Counted from the first letter of the stretch, positions 28,125-41,342 are shown. The stretch is 64,000 nucleotides of DNA from Vulcanimicrobiota bacterium (GCA_963695225.1 OY968762.1:1408001-1472000), one strand, 5' to 3'. The notes: a model not told the origin generated them from the sequence alone. Translations and numbers: made by a program.

Positions 28125-29168
28125 CTAAGAAAACAATGAGAGCTGTTCGGCCGGCGCCTCCGTCAGCGCGGCCACCCGCACCCCGGCAAGCCTCACCGCG
28201 GAGCCTTGTAAATCGGCGCGTTCCAGGCACAGCAGCGCGGCCGCCGCGATCGTTCCCGCGTCGGCGCTCGGCTCCGAAATCGTGAGCTGGCGCACGATCG
28301 TCGTGAAGTCGGCACGCCGCAACTTGACGCCGATCGTCGCGCCGCGCAAGCCGTGCGCGTGCAGGCGCTCGCTCACTTCGAGCGCCGCCGCGCGCACGTA
28401 CTCCCGCAGCCGTTCCTCATCCCGTTCGTCGTATTCGAACGTCTCCTCCGCCGAGACGGAACGCGTCTCGCGATCCGCCACGACGGGGCGCTCGTCGCGC
28501 CCTCGCGCGAGTTCGCGCAGCGCCGTCCCCCCGCGTCCCAGCACGCGCATGAGCCGGTCGTCGTCGAGCGCGGCGAGCGCTCCGATCGTCTCGATGCCCG
28601 CGGCGCTCAAACGCGCCTGCGTCTTCGGCCCGATCCCCCACAGGCGCCCCGCCGGGAGCGGCGCGAGATACGCCGCTTCTTCCCCCGGCGGCACGACGCC
28701 GAGACCGTCCGGCTTCGCCGCATCGGAGGCGATCTTCGCGGCCATCTTTTGCGCCGCGACGCCCGCGCTCACCGTCACCCCTACCTCCGCGCGGACGCTC
28801 GCCCGCACGGCCGCGGCGCACGCGATCGCATCGTCGAGCGAGCGCGCGCCGATATCGACGAACGCCTCATCGAGCGAGAGCCCTTCGACGGCGAGCGCGT
28901 CGCGCTCGAAGATCGCGAAGACCGCGCGCGAGAGTTCGCGATAGCGCGCGAAATCCGGCGGCACGACGACGAGGTGCGGACACAGTTCGCGCGCGCGATA
29001 GAGCGGGAGCGCGGAGCGCACGCCGAACGGGCGCGCCTCGTACGATGCGGTCAGCACGACGGCCCGCCGCCCCGAACCCGCGACGGCGAGCGGTTTTCCT
29101 CGCAACGCCGGATCGTCGAGTTGCGCGGCGCTCGCGTAGAACGCGTCGATATCGAAGTGGAGGATCAC
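28125..29168 (-). CDS. dinB: DNA polymerase IV
   Basis: HFDIDAFYAS, ASYEAR.FGVRSA, SLDEAF, KIASDAAKPDG. Confidence 0.93.
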   Translation of the reverse strand: MILHFDIDAFYASAAQLDDPALRGKPLAVAGSGRRAVVLTASYEARPFGVRSALPLYRARELCPHLVVVPPDFARYRELSRAVFAIFERDALAVEGLSLDEAFVDIGARSLDDAIACAAAVRASVRAEVGVTVSAGVAAQKMAAKIASDAAKPDGLGVVPPGEEAAYLAPLPAGRLWGIGPKTQARLSAAGIETIGALAALDDDRLMRVLGRGGTALRELARGRDERPVVADRETRSVSAEETFEYDERDEERLREYVRAAALEVSERLHAHGLRGATIGVKLRRADFTTIVRQLTISEPSADAGTIAAAALLCLERADLQGSAVRLAGVRVAALTEAPAEQLSLFS

Positions 29169-30022
29169 GCGCTCTGCGCGGCTACGCCCTCGAAGATCGA
29201 ACGGATCGCCGCCACGTTGCGGCGATCGTCCGCTTCGTCACCCGGCGTTTCGAGAATCGCGGTCTTCCCGCGCAGTTCCGCCCGCTCCGCAAGCGCGCGG
29301 AAACCCGCGAAGCCGATCGACCCTTCGCCGATGTGCCAATGCCGGTCGCGATGCCCGCCGAGCGGAATCTGCGTATCGTTGAAGTGGAACAAGTGCAGGC
29401 GCTCGAGCGTGACGTGCCCGGCGATCAGCTCGACGAAGCGATCGACGCCGGGTTGCGAGCCGATGTCGTACCCCGCCGCCCACGAGTGCGCGGTATCGAT
29501 GCAGACTCCGAGTTGCGGATGATCGAGCGCGCGCACGAACTCGCCCAGTTCTTCCACCGTCCCGCCGCAGAGTTGCCCCGCGCCCGCCGAGTTCTCGAGC
29601 ACGAGGAAGACGCCCGGCGCGATCCCCTCGAGCGCCGCCGCGAGCGCCTCGACGACCTGCGCGAAACCCTCCCGCCGCGGACGATTTCCGTAAGAGCCCA
29701 GGTGCGTGTTCACCAAACGCACTCCCCCGGCCGCCGCGAACGCGAGGTCGGCTTTGAGCAAGCGCAGCGAGTTCGCGGCAATCTTCGGATCCTCGCTCGC
29801 GAGGTTGATCAAATACGAGGTGTGGATGACCGCGGGATCGAGCCCGGCCTCCTTCCGCAGCGCCCGAAAGCGCTCGACGCTCGGAAGGTCGAGGGCGCTC
29901 GTGCGATACGTCTTCGGGTTCGACGCGAAGAACTGGATCGCGTCGCAACCGAGCGAGCGCGCGTATGCGACGGCGCCTTCGTAACCGGCGCCGACGTTCA
30001 CGTGCAGGCCCAGGCGCATCAT
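29165..30022 (-). CDS. nfo: endonuclease IV
   Basis: HTSYLINLAS, HLGS, LENSAG, CIDTAH, HFND, DRHWHIGEG, ILETP. Confidence 0.93.
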   Translation of the reverse strand: MMRLGLHVNVGAGYEGAVAYARSLGCDAIQFFASNPKTYRTSALDLPSVERFRALRKEAGLDPAVIHTSYLINLASEDPKIAANSLRLLKADLAFAAAGGVRLVNTHLGSYGNRPRREGFAQVVEALAAALEGIAPGVFLVLENSAGAGQLCGGTVEELGEFVRALDHPQLGVCIDTAHSWAAGYDIGSQPGVDRFVELIAGHVTLERLHLFHFNDTQIPLGGHRDRHWHIGEGSIGFAGFRALAERAELRGKTAILETPGDEADDRRNVAAIRSIFEGVAAQSA

Positions 30023-30750
30023 CCGGGCCGCACCTTCCCCATGTAGAGGTACTGCACGTAGCCGATATCGAGCAGCGCTGCCGGATCGCCGAGGCGTTCG
30101 CCGAGCCGTTCGAGGTACTCCGGCATCAGATCGCCGAACCGCATCCGCGTGCGCGCCCGCGAGCCCTCGTAACCGATGTAGTCGGCGACGCGGGTCTGGG
30201 CCTGCCACGGGATCACGCGCAGGCGCTTGTCGATGAACGGCGCGTCCGCGAAGGCGGGGAACGATTCTCCGGTCAGATCCTCGAGGCTCGACGTGGAGCC
30301 GACGATCTCGTTTGCGACCTCATCGCGCAGCATCCGGACGGGATCTCCGTGGAGCATCGTCTTCCACCAGATCGCGACGACGCCGTAAGGGCGCACGACG
30401 CGCGCGATCTGCGCGAGGGCCTCCGGCGCGTCGAACCAGTGGAAGGCCTGCGCGCTCGCCACGCCGTCGAAGGTGTCATCGGCGAAGGCGAGATCGCCGG
30501 CGGAACCGTGCACGAACGTCGCGTTCGGGAGATGCGCGCGCGCGTGGGCCAGCATCGCTTCGGAGACGTCCACGCCGGTCACGAGCATCCCGCGCGCCGC
30601 GAGCGCGGCGCTCGCGATCCCGGTCCCGCAACCGAGATCGAGGACGCGGCTCCCGGGGCCGAGGCCGTACCCGACGATCGCGTCGTACAGGTCGTCGGAA
30701 TAGCCGATGCGATGCCGGTCGTAGGCGCCGGCGACGGCGTCGAAGCTCAT
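30019..30750 (-). CDS. class I SAM-dependent methyltransferase
   Basis: VLDLGCGTG, GVDVSEAML, AQAFHWFD. Confidence 0.9.
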   Translation of the reverse strand: MSFDAVAGAYDRHRIGYSDDLYDAIVGYGLGPGSRVLDLGCGTGIASAALAARGMLVTGVDVSEAMLAHARAHLPNATFVHGSAGDLAFADDTFDGVASAQAFHWFDAPEALAQIARVVRPYGVVAIWWKTMLHGDPVRMLRDEVANEIVGSTSSLEDLTGESFPAFADAPFIDKRLRVIPWQAQTRVADYIGYEGSRARTRMRFGDLMPEYLERLGERLGDPAALLDIGYVQYLYMGKVRPG

Positions 30751-31976
30751 CGCCGAAACCGCAGCGACCGCCCCCGCGAGCCGCGCGGACCGAAGGACAG
30801 CGCGCGCCCCGACGACATGCTGCGCGAGGGGTTCTTCTCGAACGTCGTCTCGGTGATCAGCACGGCGTCGGAAGGCCGCTCGCGCCGGCCGACCCGCCCG
30901 ATCAACTGCTCCACTTCCGATTCGCCGAATGCATCCGCATCCGTGATCACGATCAAGTCGGCGGCCGGGATGTCGAGCCCGCTGCCGACGAGGTTCGTGG
31001 CGGCCAAGATCGAAGGCGCCGCATCCGTGAACGCGCGCATGCTCTCGATGCGCGTCTGCTGCCCGTGCACGCGAATCCCCTTGCGACGGTAGCGCTTCCC
31101 CTGTTCCGCGGTATCGGCCATGTCGCCGCGCAGTTGCTGCACGTTCAGTTGATAGCGATCTTCGAGCCGCGTGGCGAGCTTGGGAACGTCGCCGCGCGTC
31201 CGCCCGATCACGAAGATGCGCGAGCCGCGCGCGAGATGCTCGCGGATCAAAGCGTCGGCGCGCGCGAGTTGTTCGGGCGGGGGCTCGCCCCAGACGCCCG
31301 AGATCTTGTGCACGGTCGTCGGCAGCACGTCGAACGGCATCGCCTCCATGGTGACCATGTTTTCGAACGCACCGACGCGATTGAGGAACGTGCGCAGTTC
31401 GTTCGGCGTCGCCGAGGCGAACAAGAGCGGGCAATCGAGGTCTTCCAGCAGCCGCAAATGCTCTCGTTCGTCGAACGCGTTCACGTCGTCGACGATCGTC
31501 AGCGCGCTGCGGTCGAGCACGTCCCACAGATCGTCGCTCGAGATCATCATCGCGCTCCCGACGAGGAACCGGATCGCGCCGTTGCGGACGCCCTCGATCG
31601 TATCCCGCCGTTCCCCGGGCGCGATCCCGCCGTGGATCTCGCCGATCTGCAAACCCGTTTCCGCCAGCCGGTCGCGGAAATACGTGCAATCTTGCCGGAC
31701 GAGATCGCGCGTCGGCGCGATCAAGCACGCGTAGCCGCCGGTGCGCAACACTTCGCCCAGCGCGACGCGCATCATCACCTCGGTCTTCCCCGAGCCGGTC
31801 GGCGCTTTCAGGAGGAACTCGAAGTCGCCGGCGGCCAACCCGGCGCCGATCGTTTCGATCGCGGTCTGCTGATCGGGGGTCAGCGAGAAACGCTCACCCG
31901 GCTGGACCAATTCCCTGGCGACCGCGACGGCCTGCGCGTTCGCGTCGACTTGAGCCCAAATCGCGTCGTTATCCAC
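30747..31976 (-). CDS. RecG-like SF2 helicase core
   Basis: FSLTPDQ, APTGSGKT, APTRDL, SATP, SGLDIP, QLIGRVGR. Confidence 0.8.
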   Translation of the reverse strand: MDNDAIWAQVDANAQAVAVARELVQPGERFSLTPDQQTAIETIGAGLAAGDFEFLLKAPTGSGKTEVMMRVALGEVLRTGGYACLIAPTRDLVRQDCTYFRDRLAETGLQIGEIHGGIAPGERRDTIEGVRNGAIRFLVGSAMMISSDDLWDVLDRSALTIVDDVNAFDEREHLRLLEDLDCPLLFASATPNELRTFLNRVGAFENMVTMEAMPFDVLPTTVHKISGVWGEPPPEQLARADALIREHLARGSRIFVIGRTRGDVPKLATRLEDRYQLNVQQLRGDMADTAEQGKRYRRKGIRVHGQQTRIESMRAFTDAAPSILAATNLVGSGLDIPAADLIVITDADAFGESEVEQLIGRVGRRERPSDAVLITETTFEKNPSRSMSSGRALSFGPRGSRGRSLRFRR

Positions 31977-32635
31977 TATGCCTCATCGGAATCCGTCTTC
32001 GCCGCCGCGGGCGCCGCTTCCGCGAGCGGGAGGGAGAGCGGGACCGGCATCTCGGTTTCGAGCTCGACCGCGGGCAAATCGCCGAGCGAACGGAGGCCGA
32101 ACGATTCCAAGAACTCGGACGTCGTCTTGTAGGTCATCGGGCGGCCCGGCGTGTCCCGCCTCCCCGCTTCGGCGATGAAGCGCCGGTCGAGCAACGTGGA
32201 AACGACGCTGTCGACGTTCACGCCGCGCACGCCCTCCAGCTCGCCTTTCGTGACCGGCTGCATGTAGGCGACGATCGCGAGCGTCTCCATCGCGGCGGGG
32301 GAGAGGTTCGTCTTCGGTGGGAGCAGATACGCCTCTACGACGTCCCGGGCGGCGGGCGAGCTCGCGAAGCGGTAGCCTCCGGCGATCTCGCGGACCACGA
32401 TCCCGCGCTCGGCGAAATCCCGTTCGATCCGGGCGAGCGTCGCGGCGACTTCGACGGGCGTCGCGTGCGTCAACTTCGCGAGCCGTTCGATCGAGAGGGA
32501 CTCGCTCGCGACGAACAGCAGCGCTTCGAGCGAACGCTGGAGGGAGCCCGTCTCGAGCAATTCCGTTTGCGTCACGCCTTCGTCTGTGCGTGCGGCGGAT
32601 TCTTCGGGGGCGAGCAGGTCAGCGAGTTCCGACAT
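31976..32635 (-). CDS. scpB: SMC-Scp complex subunit ScpB
   Basis: LEALLF, LSPAAMETLAIVAY.QPVT, RGVN, PGRP, FL..FGL. Confidence 0.95.
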   Translation of the reverse strand: MSELADLLAPEESAARTDEGVTQTELLETGSLQRSLEALLFVASESLSIERLAKLTHATPVEVAATLARIERDFAERGIVVREIAGGYRFASSPAARDVVEAYLLPPKTNLSPAAMETLAIVAYMQPVTKGELEGVRGVNVDSVVSTLLDRRFIAEAGRRDTPGRPMTYKTTSEFLESFGLRSLGDLPAVELETEMPVPLSLPLAEAAPAAAKTDSDEA

Positions 32636-33368
32636 CGGCCGTTTCCGCGGAGAAGAGCATGAGGGAGGCGAGCGGTCCCGCCTGTTCGAACGCGAGGCGG
32701 CGCTGTCGAATCAACTCCAAGATTGCGAGGAACGTCACGATGATGCCGCCGCGATCGTAATCCGCGCAGAGTTCGAGGAAATCGATTCGGCCGCGCTCGC
32801 GCACGACGCGTGCCACGAACGCCATCTGATGGGCGATCGAGAGGCGCTCCCGCGCGATTCGGCGCTTCTCCGGCTTGACGGCGCGCAACGCCGCGAGGAG
32901 CGCCCCCGAGAGGCGCACGACGTCGATGCGATAGCGCTGCACGACGTCCGTCCCCGGATCGCCCGCGTCCCGGTAGAAGAATGACGAGGCCTCGAGCGAC
33001 CGCGCGCGCAGTTCCTCGGCGACGCCCTTGTACCGCGAATACGCGATCAGGCGCCGGCGCAGGCGCTCTTCGACCTCCTCGGCGCTCTCCTCGCCTTCAG
33101 GCAAGAGGTCGGCGGGGATCGGCGGCAGCAGCGACTTCGATTTCAGGAAGACGAGCGTCGCCGCGATGACGAGGTACTCGGCCGCGAGCTCGACGTCGAG
33201 CCCGTCCATCAGCTCGATGTAGTCGAAATATTGCTGGGCGACGGTAGCCAGCGGGACCGTCGCGATGTCGAGCCGGCGCTCGCGGACCAAGCTCAACAGG
33301 AGGTCGAGCGGACCGTCGAAGACGTCGAGCGAGACGCGGAGCGTCCGGACGTCGCCTTCGCTGATCAA
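32619..33368 (-). CDS. scpA: segregation and condensation protein A
   Basis: FDGPLDLLL, AAEYLVIAATL..LKSKSLLP, VTFLAILEL; TTG start inferred. Confidence 0.93.
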   Translation of the reverse strand: MISEGDVRTLRVSLDVFDGPLDLLLSLVRERRLDIATVPLATVAQQYFDYIELMDGLDVELAAEYLVIAATLVFLKSKSLLPPIPADLLPEGEESAEEVEERLRRRLIAYSRYKGVAEELRARSLEASSFFYRDAGDPGTDVVQRYRIDVVRLSGALLAALRAVKPEKRRIARERLSIAHQMAFVARVVRERGRIDFLELCADYDRGGIIVTFLAILELIRQRRLAFEQAGPLASLMLFSAETADVGTR

Positions 33369-33868
33369 CGGCTTTGGCTTTCCCTCGCTACCGGCTTGGG
33401 CAGGACGATCGGACCCGCGGCCTCCCCCTCGGCGAACGGATCGCTGTCGAGCGCGGCGAGCGCTTCGAGCCCGAGATCGACCAGCCGTTTCTCGTTCACG
33501 TACTTCAGGGCTCGCTTGGCGGCCTTGATCTCGAACCAGGCGGCTTCGTCGACCTCGTGGTCGTGATTCGCCGTATCCCCCGAGAGGTAGCGCATGAGGA
33601 AGAAGTGGACGGACTTCTTGTGCTTGCGGCCGTTCAGGTAGAACCAATACGAGATGTCGGAGAGCTTCGTGATGATCTCGGCCCAGCAGCCGGTCTCCTC
33701 GCGGACCTCCCGCAGAGCGGCCTGCTCGTGCGTCTCGCGCACTTCGACGTGCCCCTTCGGCAGGGACCACACTCGCGGGTGGCCACGACCGATCAAAAGG
33801 GCGTCAAAAGACGCGCCGTTCCGCCGGAGAACCAGCCCTCCGGCCGAGACCTCATACTTGATCCGCAT
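33365..33868 (-). CDS. NUDIX hydrolase
   Basis: LPKGHVE..ETHEQAALREVREETG Nudix box. Confidence 0.92.
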   Translation of the reverse strand: MRIKYEVSAGGLVLRRNGASFDALLIGRGHPRVWSLPKGHVEVRETHEQAALREVREETGCWAEIITKLSDISYWFYLNGRKHKKSVHFFLMRYLSGDTANHDHEVDEAAWFEIKAAKRALKYVNEKRLVDLGLEALAALDSDPFAEGEAAGPIVLPKPVARESQSR

Positions 33869-33917
33869 CGTACGCTTCCCGAAAAGAGTGGGTGCCCGAT
33901 CGACACCCCTTTGCTCT

Positions 33918-33945
33918 ATTCTAGCAAGAGCCCCCAAGAAGCCAA
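33918..33945 (-). promoter_or_regulatory. putative promoter of the NUDIX-scpAB operon
   Basis: TTGGCT-N16-TAGAAT with extended TG. Confidence 0.5.
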
Positions 33946-34021
33946 CCCCCGCGCCCGTCTAGGGCGCAGGCATGGTGGCGAGCCGCCCTGAGCTCGTCGA
34001 GTTCGAGCCATGAGAGCACTG

Positions 34022-34182
34022 AGGGAGCGGGCGGGGAGGGGCGACGGTCCCCCGTGGGGAGTCCAGCTTGCCCGCGGAGCCAGGATGGCGGGAGCGGGCA
34101 AGTGGACTAGTAGCGATTTCGCATGGATGCGAAATCGCGGGCGTCCCCACGGGGGACCGTCGCCCCTCCCCGCCCGCGGGCC
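34022..34182 (+). repeat. structured intergenic repeat, copy 1
   Basis: perfect 34-bp inverted arms 34027-34060 and 34144-34177 enclosing two GGA-loop hairpins. Confidence 0.9.
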
Positions 34183-34271
34183 CGGCGATCGGCTAAACAA
34201 ACTACATGGACGCGCATGAACATGGCCCGGCCCGCCGCGATGTCACGCGAAGGCGGGTATTCGCCGGGGCC

Positions 34272-37124
<2,853 letters not shown>

Positions 37125-37171
37125 GGTACCTCCAAGAACAAAACCCGAGCGCCGGTCGCGCTCGCGGATCC

Positions 37172-37352
37172 ACCCCTCTGTCCTTGGTACCTGAGAGTTT
37201 CGCGGGAACCGGTCCCGCCTGCCCCTTCGGTGGCCGAGCTAGGCTCGACGCTCTCCAGAGTCGGCCGTGCGTGATTCTTTTTGCCTGAGCGATTTCGGGT
37301 GATTGCGCCTTCGGCGGTACCTTCGGGTACGCTCTCTCGTCGCACGGCGTCC
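37172..37352 (-). ncRNA. tandem glycine riboswitch
   Basis: two aptamers GAGAG..CGCCGAAGGCGCAA..CTCAGG and CTCTGGAGAG..CACCGAAGG..CTCTCAGG..GGACAGAGG upstream of gcvP. Confidence 0.93.
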
Positions 37353-37354
37353 GT

Positions 37355-37395
37355 AACGAACAGAGGCGCCCGTTCGCTCTCGCGAAACGGGCGCC
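37355..37395 (-). terminator. hairpin downstream of the Vgb-like gene
   Basis: GGCGCCCGTT/AACGGGCGCC stem with a weak T tail. Confidence 0.45.
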
Positions 37396-37422
37396 CTGTA
37401 CCGGTCGGTCGGGATGCCGCCT

Positions 37423-39264
37423 CTAGAAGGCGGTGACCTTCAGGATGTTTCCGCTCGCATCGGTCACCCAGACGTTACCGTCCGGACCGGTGGCGAGATC
37501 GACGGGTTGCGCGCCGGTCGGGAGCGTCAACTCCGTATAGCCGGCCGAAACCACGGGGGTCGTGAAGAGCGGAGCGGTCGCCGGCGTCAGGCCGGCGTTT
37601 GCCGGATCGATGACGCCGAGCTTGTTCGTGCCGCTCTCGGTGAACCACAGGCGGCCGTCGGCCGCGACGATGATGTTCTTCGGCTCCGTACCGCTCGGCA
37701 GCTGGTAGAACGTCAGGCCGCTTCCGTCTGTGCCGATCTTCGCGATCTGGTTGGAGGACTGGCGGCACCACCACAGCGAGGTGTCGCTGCTCCGGTAGGT
37801 GATACCCTTGTTCGCATCGGCGAACGTGGCAGGCGTCGGGCTGCTGTTCATGGTGATGATGGTGACGGCACCGGCGACCGTCTGCGTCGCGGCCGAGAGA
37901 TCCCAGTAGCCGATCGCGTCGTTGTAGTCCTCGGTGAACCAGAGCTTCGTGCCCTGCGCCACGATCCCGTAGGGGTGCGCGTTCGGATCCAGCGCGTACT
38001 CGCTGACCACGCCGGCCGGCGTGATCTTGCCGAGCCCGCTGGCGGAGAGGGCCGGCGGCACGGCGCCGGTGACGTATCCGCGCTCGGCGAACCAGACGTT
38101 GCCGTCGCTGCCTTGCGCCAGTTTGATCGGCACCGCGTTCGTGGTCGTCACCGCGTACGGCGTGAGGGCCGACGTCGTGTGATCGACTTTCAGGATGCGG
38201 GCCGGCGTCGGCTGGTTTGCGTCACCCACCGTTCCCCAGTCGCTGAACCAGTAGTTGCCGTCGGAACCGATGACGCCGTAGAGCGGCGCGGCGGTGCCGC
38301 CCGCGCTGACCGGAGTGAGGGTGCCGCCCACCGTGATCGAGTCGACGCTGTTGTCGCCGGCCCGGCCGCCGAACCACAACTTGGTTCCGTCCGAGAAGAT
38401 TCCGCCCGGGTTGCTCCCGGTCGCCGCATAGGACGTGACGGCCGGATTGATCGCGACCGTCGCGGCGGTTGCGGTCACGTTCGGCGTGCTCGGCGTGACG
38501 GTCGGCGTCAGCGTCGCGCTGTAGATGTTCCCGGTGTCGATGGCGGCGTGGAGGCTATAGACGGCGCTCTGACTCGGGCCCGGAACGTCCGGACCGGTCG
38601 CCGTTCCCGTAACCGTCACGTGCCCCGGAGCCGTCGACGGCGCGTCGTTCGCCACAGTGGCGCCGATCGTGAGCTTGGTCCCGGCCTTGTCGATGAAGAC
38701 GCCCGGACCGATGATCGTGTTGCCCGCCGCGTCCTTCGCGACGATCGGAAGCGCCGTGCCGGATGCCGCGGTACCGGCCGTGAACGAGACGGCGCCGAAC
38801 GTGACCGTCGCAACGACCGGGTTGAACGTCACGTTGACCGTGTTCGCTTGCCCGGCGACGATCGTTTGCGTCGTAACGCCCTTCGAGAGTAAGTTCGGGG
38901 TCGAGGCGTTGTCGAACAGCGAGACGGTGAACGTGTCGGAGCCGACGGGGGCGCTGATCGTCCCGCTGCAGGCGGTCGCGGTGCAGGCCGCGGTGACGCT
39001 CCCCGACCCGTCGCCGACGGGCGAGACCGAGACGTTCGCGGTGTGCGTGGAAGCCGAAACGTAATTCGGGATGCGCGCGGCGCTCGCACTCGTCGCCGAC
39101 GGGATGACGATGTTGAAACTCACCGTCACCGAACGCGCGGCGTTGCTGGGCGTAGCGGGGAGCGAGCCGCCGCCGGAGTGTCCTCCGCAAGCGGCGAGGA
39201 GCGCCGCGGTCAAACCTGCCGCAGCGAAACGGAGACCGTTGGAAAGCGTTGAACGCGCGTTCAT
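37423..39264 (-). CDS. secreted lipoprotein with Ig-like region and Vgb-like beta-propeller
   Basis: LAAC lipobox; repeats GSDGNVWFAE, DGRLWFTE, GPDGNVWVTD. Confidence 0.85.
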   Translation of the reverse strand: MNARSTLSNGLRFAAAGLTAALLAACGGHSGGGSLPATPSNAARSVTVSFNIVIPSATSASAARIPNYVSASTHTANVSVSPVGDGSGSVTAACTATACSGTISAPVGSDTFTVSLFDNASTPNLLSKGVTTQTIVAGQANTVNVTFNPVVATVTFGAVSFTAGTAASGTALPIVAKDAAGNTIIGPGVFIDKAGTKLTIGATVANDAPSTAPGHVTVTGTATGPDVPGPSQSAVYSLHAAIDTGNIYSATLTPTVTPSTPNVTATAATVAINPAVTSYAATGSNPGGIFSDGTKLWFGGRAGDNSVDSITVGGTLTPVSAGGTAAPLYGVIGSDGNYWFSDWGTVGDANQPTPARILKVDHTTSALTPYAVTTTNAVPIKLAQGSDGNVWFAERGYVTGAVPPALSASGLGKITPAGVVSEYALDPNAHPYGIVAQGTKLWFTEDYNDAIGYWDLSAATQTVAGAVTIITMNSSPTPATFADANKGITYRSSDTSLWWCRQSSNQIAKIGTDGSGLTFYQLPSGTEPKNIIVAADGRLWFTESGTNKLGVIDPANAGLTPATAPLFTTPVVSAGYTELTLPTGAQPVDLATGPDGNVWVTDASGNILKVTAF

Positions 39265-39266
39265 TT

Positions 39267-39722
39267 TCAGCGACCTCCGATCGAGCGGTTTGCGCTCTGG
39301 CCGGTCATGGCGGTGGTCGTCACCGTGACCGAGAGCGTTTTGTTTTGCAACCCGACGGCGGAAACCGTCTCGTTGCATTGGCCCGCAGCGACCGGCGTCA
39401 CCGTGATGGTTCCGCCGCTGACGTTGAGCGTTGCGATTCCGGCACACGACGGCGTGCCGGCCGAGAGCGTAAACGCTCCGGTGTAGCCGCTGGCGGACGC
39501 GGTCGCCGTCTTATTGGCCGGCGTCGTCAAGTTATCGAACGAGAGCGACGCAGGTGCTAGGTTGAGTCCGGGCCCTGCGGTCGGCGTGGCGGTCGGGGCC
39601 GGGGTCGGCGTGGCGGCCGGCGTCGGAGTCGGCGCGGGCGGAGTCGTCGACCCTCCTCCTCCGCCGCAACCCGCGGCGACTGCTGCTGCGAGCACCGCCG
39701 GGAAAAGATACTGTAACTTCAT
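39267..39722 (-). CDS. small lipoprotein with PT linker and Ig-like domain
   Basis: AAGCGGGGG lipobox, PTPTP linker, Cys pair; SD GAGGGAG. Confidence 0.8.
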   Translation of the reverse strand: MKLQYLFPAVLAAAVAAGCGGGGGSTTPPAPTPTPAATPTPAPTATPTAGPGLNLAPASLSFDNLTTPANKTATASASGYTGAFTLSAGTPSCAGIATLNVSGGTITVTPVAAGQCNETVSAVGLQNKTLSVTVTTTAMTGQSANRSIGGR

Positions 39723-39849
39723 GCTCCCTCGCGAACAACGCATAGCTGCGCGGCGGAATGTACCGCCGTCATCGTTGTCGCTCTCAAGGATACGCCAGCA
39801 AGCGGGCGGCCCTCTGAGTCCTACGGGGCTGCAATTCGGGCCTTCCGGC

Positions 39850-40230
39850 CTAGTCCGGAACGATGTTTCCGTATTCGGCGGCGGAGAGCAAATTCGCGCG
39901 CTCCCAAGCGTCTCCGAGCCGGAGCTTGAGCATCCAGCCTGCGCCGAACGGCTCGCGATTGACGGCCGCGGGGTCGGCTTCGAGGGCGGCATTGACTTCC
40001 AACACTTCGCCGCCCACGGGCGTGTAGAGATCCGAAACGGCCTTCACCGACTCGACCACGCCGATGTTCGCGAACTGGGCGACCTCGGTGCCGACGCGCG
40101 GCAGCTCCACGTAGACGATGTCGCCGAGCGAGCTCTGCGCGTAATCGGTGATGCCGACCGTGGCGATATCCCCTTCGATCTTCACCCACTCGTGATCTTT
40201 GCTGTAGAGCACATCGTCCGGTCGCGACAT
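39850..40230 (-). CDS. gcvH: glycine cleavage system H protein
   Basis: YSKDHEW, GITDYAQ..LGD, VESVKA. Confidence 0.97.
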   Translation of the reverse strand: MSRPDDVLYSKDHEWVKIEGDIATVGITDYAQSSLGDIVYVELPRVGTEVAQFANIGVVESVKAVSDLYTPVGGEVLEVNAALEADPAAVNREPFGAGWMLKLRLGDAWERANLLSAAEYGNIVPD

Positions 40231-40244
40231 TCGATCCTCGTCGT

Positions 40245-41342
40245 TCAGGCGCGCTTGTAGAAGGGCAACGGCACAACCCGCGCCTCATGGAGTCGGCCGC
40301 GGATCTCCACGCAGAGTTCCGTCCCGGCTGTTGCGGCGTCCTTCGAAACGAGCGCCGTCGCGATCTGCCGGTTCTCTACGGAAGGCGCGAGCGAGGCGCT
40401 GCGCACTTCTCCGACGGGGCGCTCCCCGAGGAACACGCGGTAGCCCGCCCGAGCCGGCGCACGCCCAGCCAGCACGAGGCCCACGATCCGGTCGTGGCTG
40501 TCCTCCGCAAGCTGCGCTGCGAGCGCCTCCTTCCCGACGAACGCGGGCTTGTTCAGTTTCAAGGCCCAGCTCTGCCCGGCGGCGACCGGCGTGATCTCTT
40601 CGCTCATCTCGTGCCCGTAAAGCGGCATCCCGGCTTCCAGCCGCAGGATGTCGCGCGCGCCGAGCCCCGCAGGTTCGAGCCCCGCCGGAGCACCCCGCTC
40701 GAGGAGGGCGCGCCAGAGCTGCGGCGCCGCGGTTCCGTCCGCGAACAATTCGAAGCCGTCTTCCCCGGTGTAGCCGGTCCGCGCGATCACGGCGGGGATA
40801 CCGGCAACGCGGCCCTCCACGCAGTAGTAGTACTTCATCGAAGCCACATCGACGTCGCAGAGCGACGCCACGATCTCGACGGCACGTGGGCCCTGGACGG
40901 CCACGAGCGCGCGAACGCCGTGGCCGTTTTCCAGGCGTACGCCGTCCCGGTCGAGCCGCTCGTTCAGGTAGGCCCACATCTTTCCCGCGTTCGACGCGTT
41001 GACGACGAGCAGCCAGCGTCCCGGGAGCCGGTAGAACAGCACGTCGTCGAGCGCGCCGCCGCGCTCGTTGCAAAAGACGTTGTAGCGCGCCTGGAACGGT
41101 TTCATCGTCCCGACGGCGTTGATCGTGAGCGCGTCGGCCCACTCGGCGACGCCTTCGCCGCGGACTTCGAATTGCGCCATGTGCGAGAGGTCGAAGAGCC
41201 CCGCCCGTTTGCGGACGGCCTCGTGCTCCCGCAGGACGCTCGCGTACTGCACGGGCATCTCGAAGCCGCCGAACGGCACGAGCCGCGCGCCCAGGGCCAC
41301 GTGCTCGGCGTAGAGCGGCGTGCGGCGGAGGGGTTCGCTCAC
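40245..41342 (-). CDS. gcvT: glycine cleavage system T protein
   Basis: RTPLY, FDLSHM, RTGYTGEDGFE, GLGARD.LRLEAG. Confidence 0.97.
   Translation of the reverse strand: MSEPLRRTPLYAEHVALGARLVPFGGFEMPVQYASVLREHEAVRKRAGLFDLSHMAQFEVRGEGVAEWADALTINAVGTMKPFQARYNVFCNERGGALDDVLFYRLPGRWLLVVNASNAGKMWAYLNERLDRDGVRLENGHGVRALVAVQGPRAVEIVASLCDVDVASMKYYYCVEGRVAGIPAVIARTGYTGEDGFELFADGTAAPQLWRALLERGAPAGLEPAGLGARDILRLEAGMPLYGHEMSEEITPVAAGQSWALKLNKPAFVGKEALAAQLAEDSHDRIVGLVLAGRAPARAGYRVFLGERPVGEVRSASLAPSVENRQIATALVSKDAATAGTELCVEIRGRLHEARVVPLPFYKRA

Noticed and set aside
34022..34182. Structured repeat as a simple terminator or hammerhead ribozyme
   Set aside because: There is no U-tract and it is multi-branched; I could not find a CUGANGA core on either strand.
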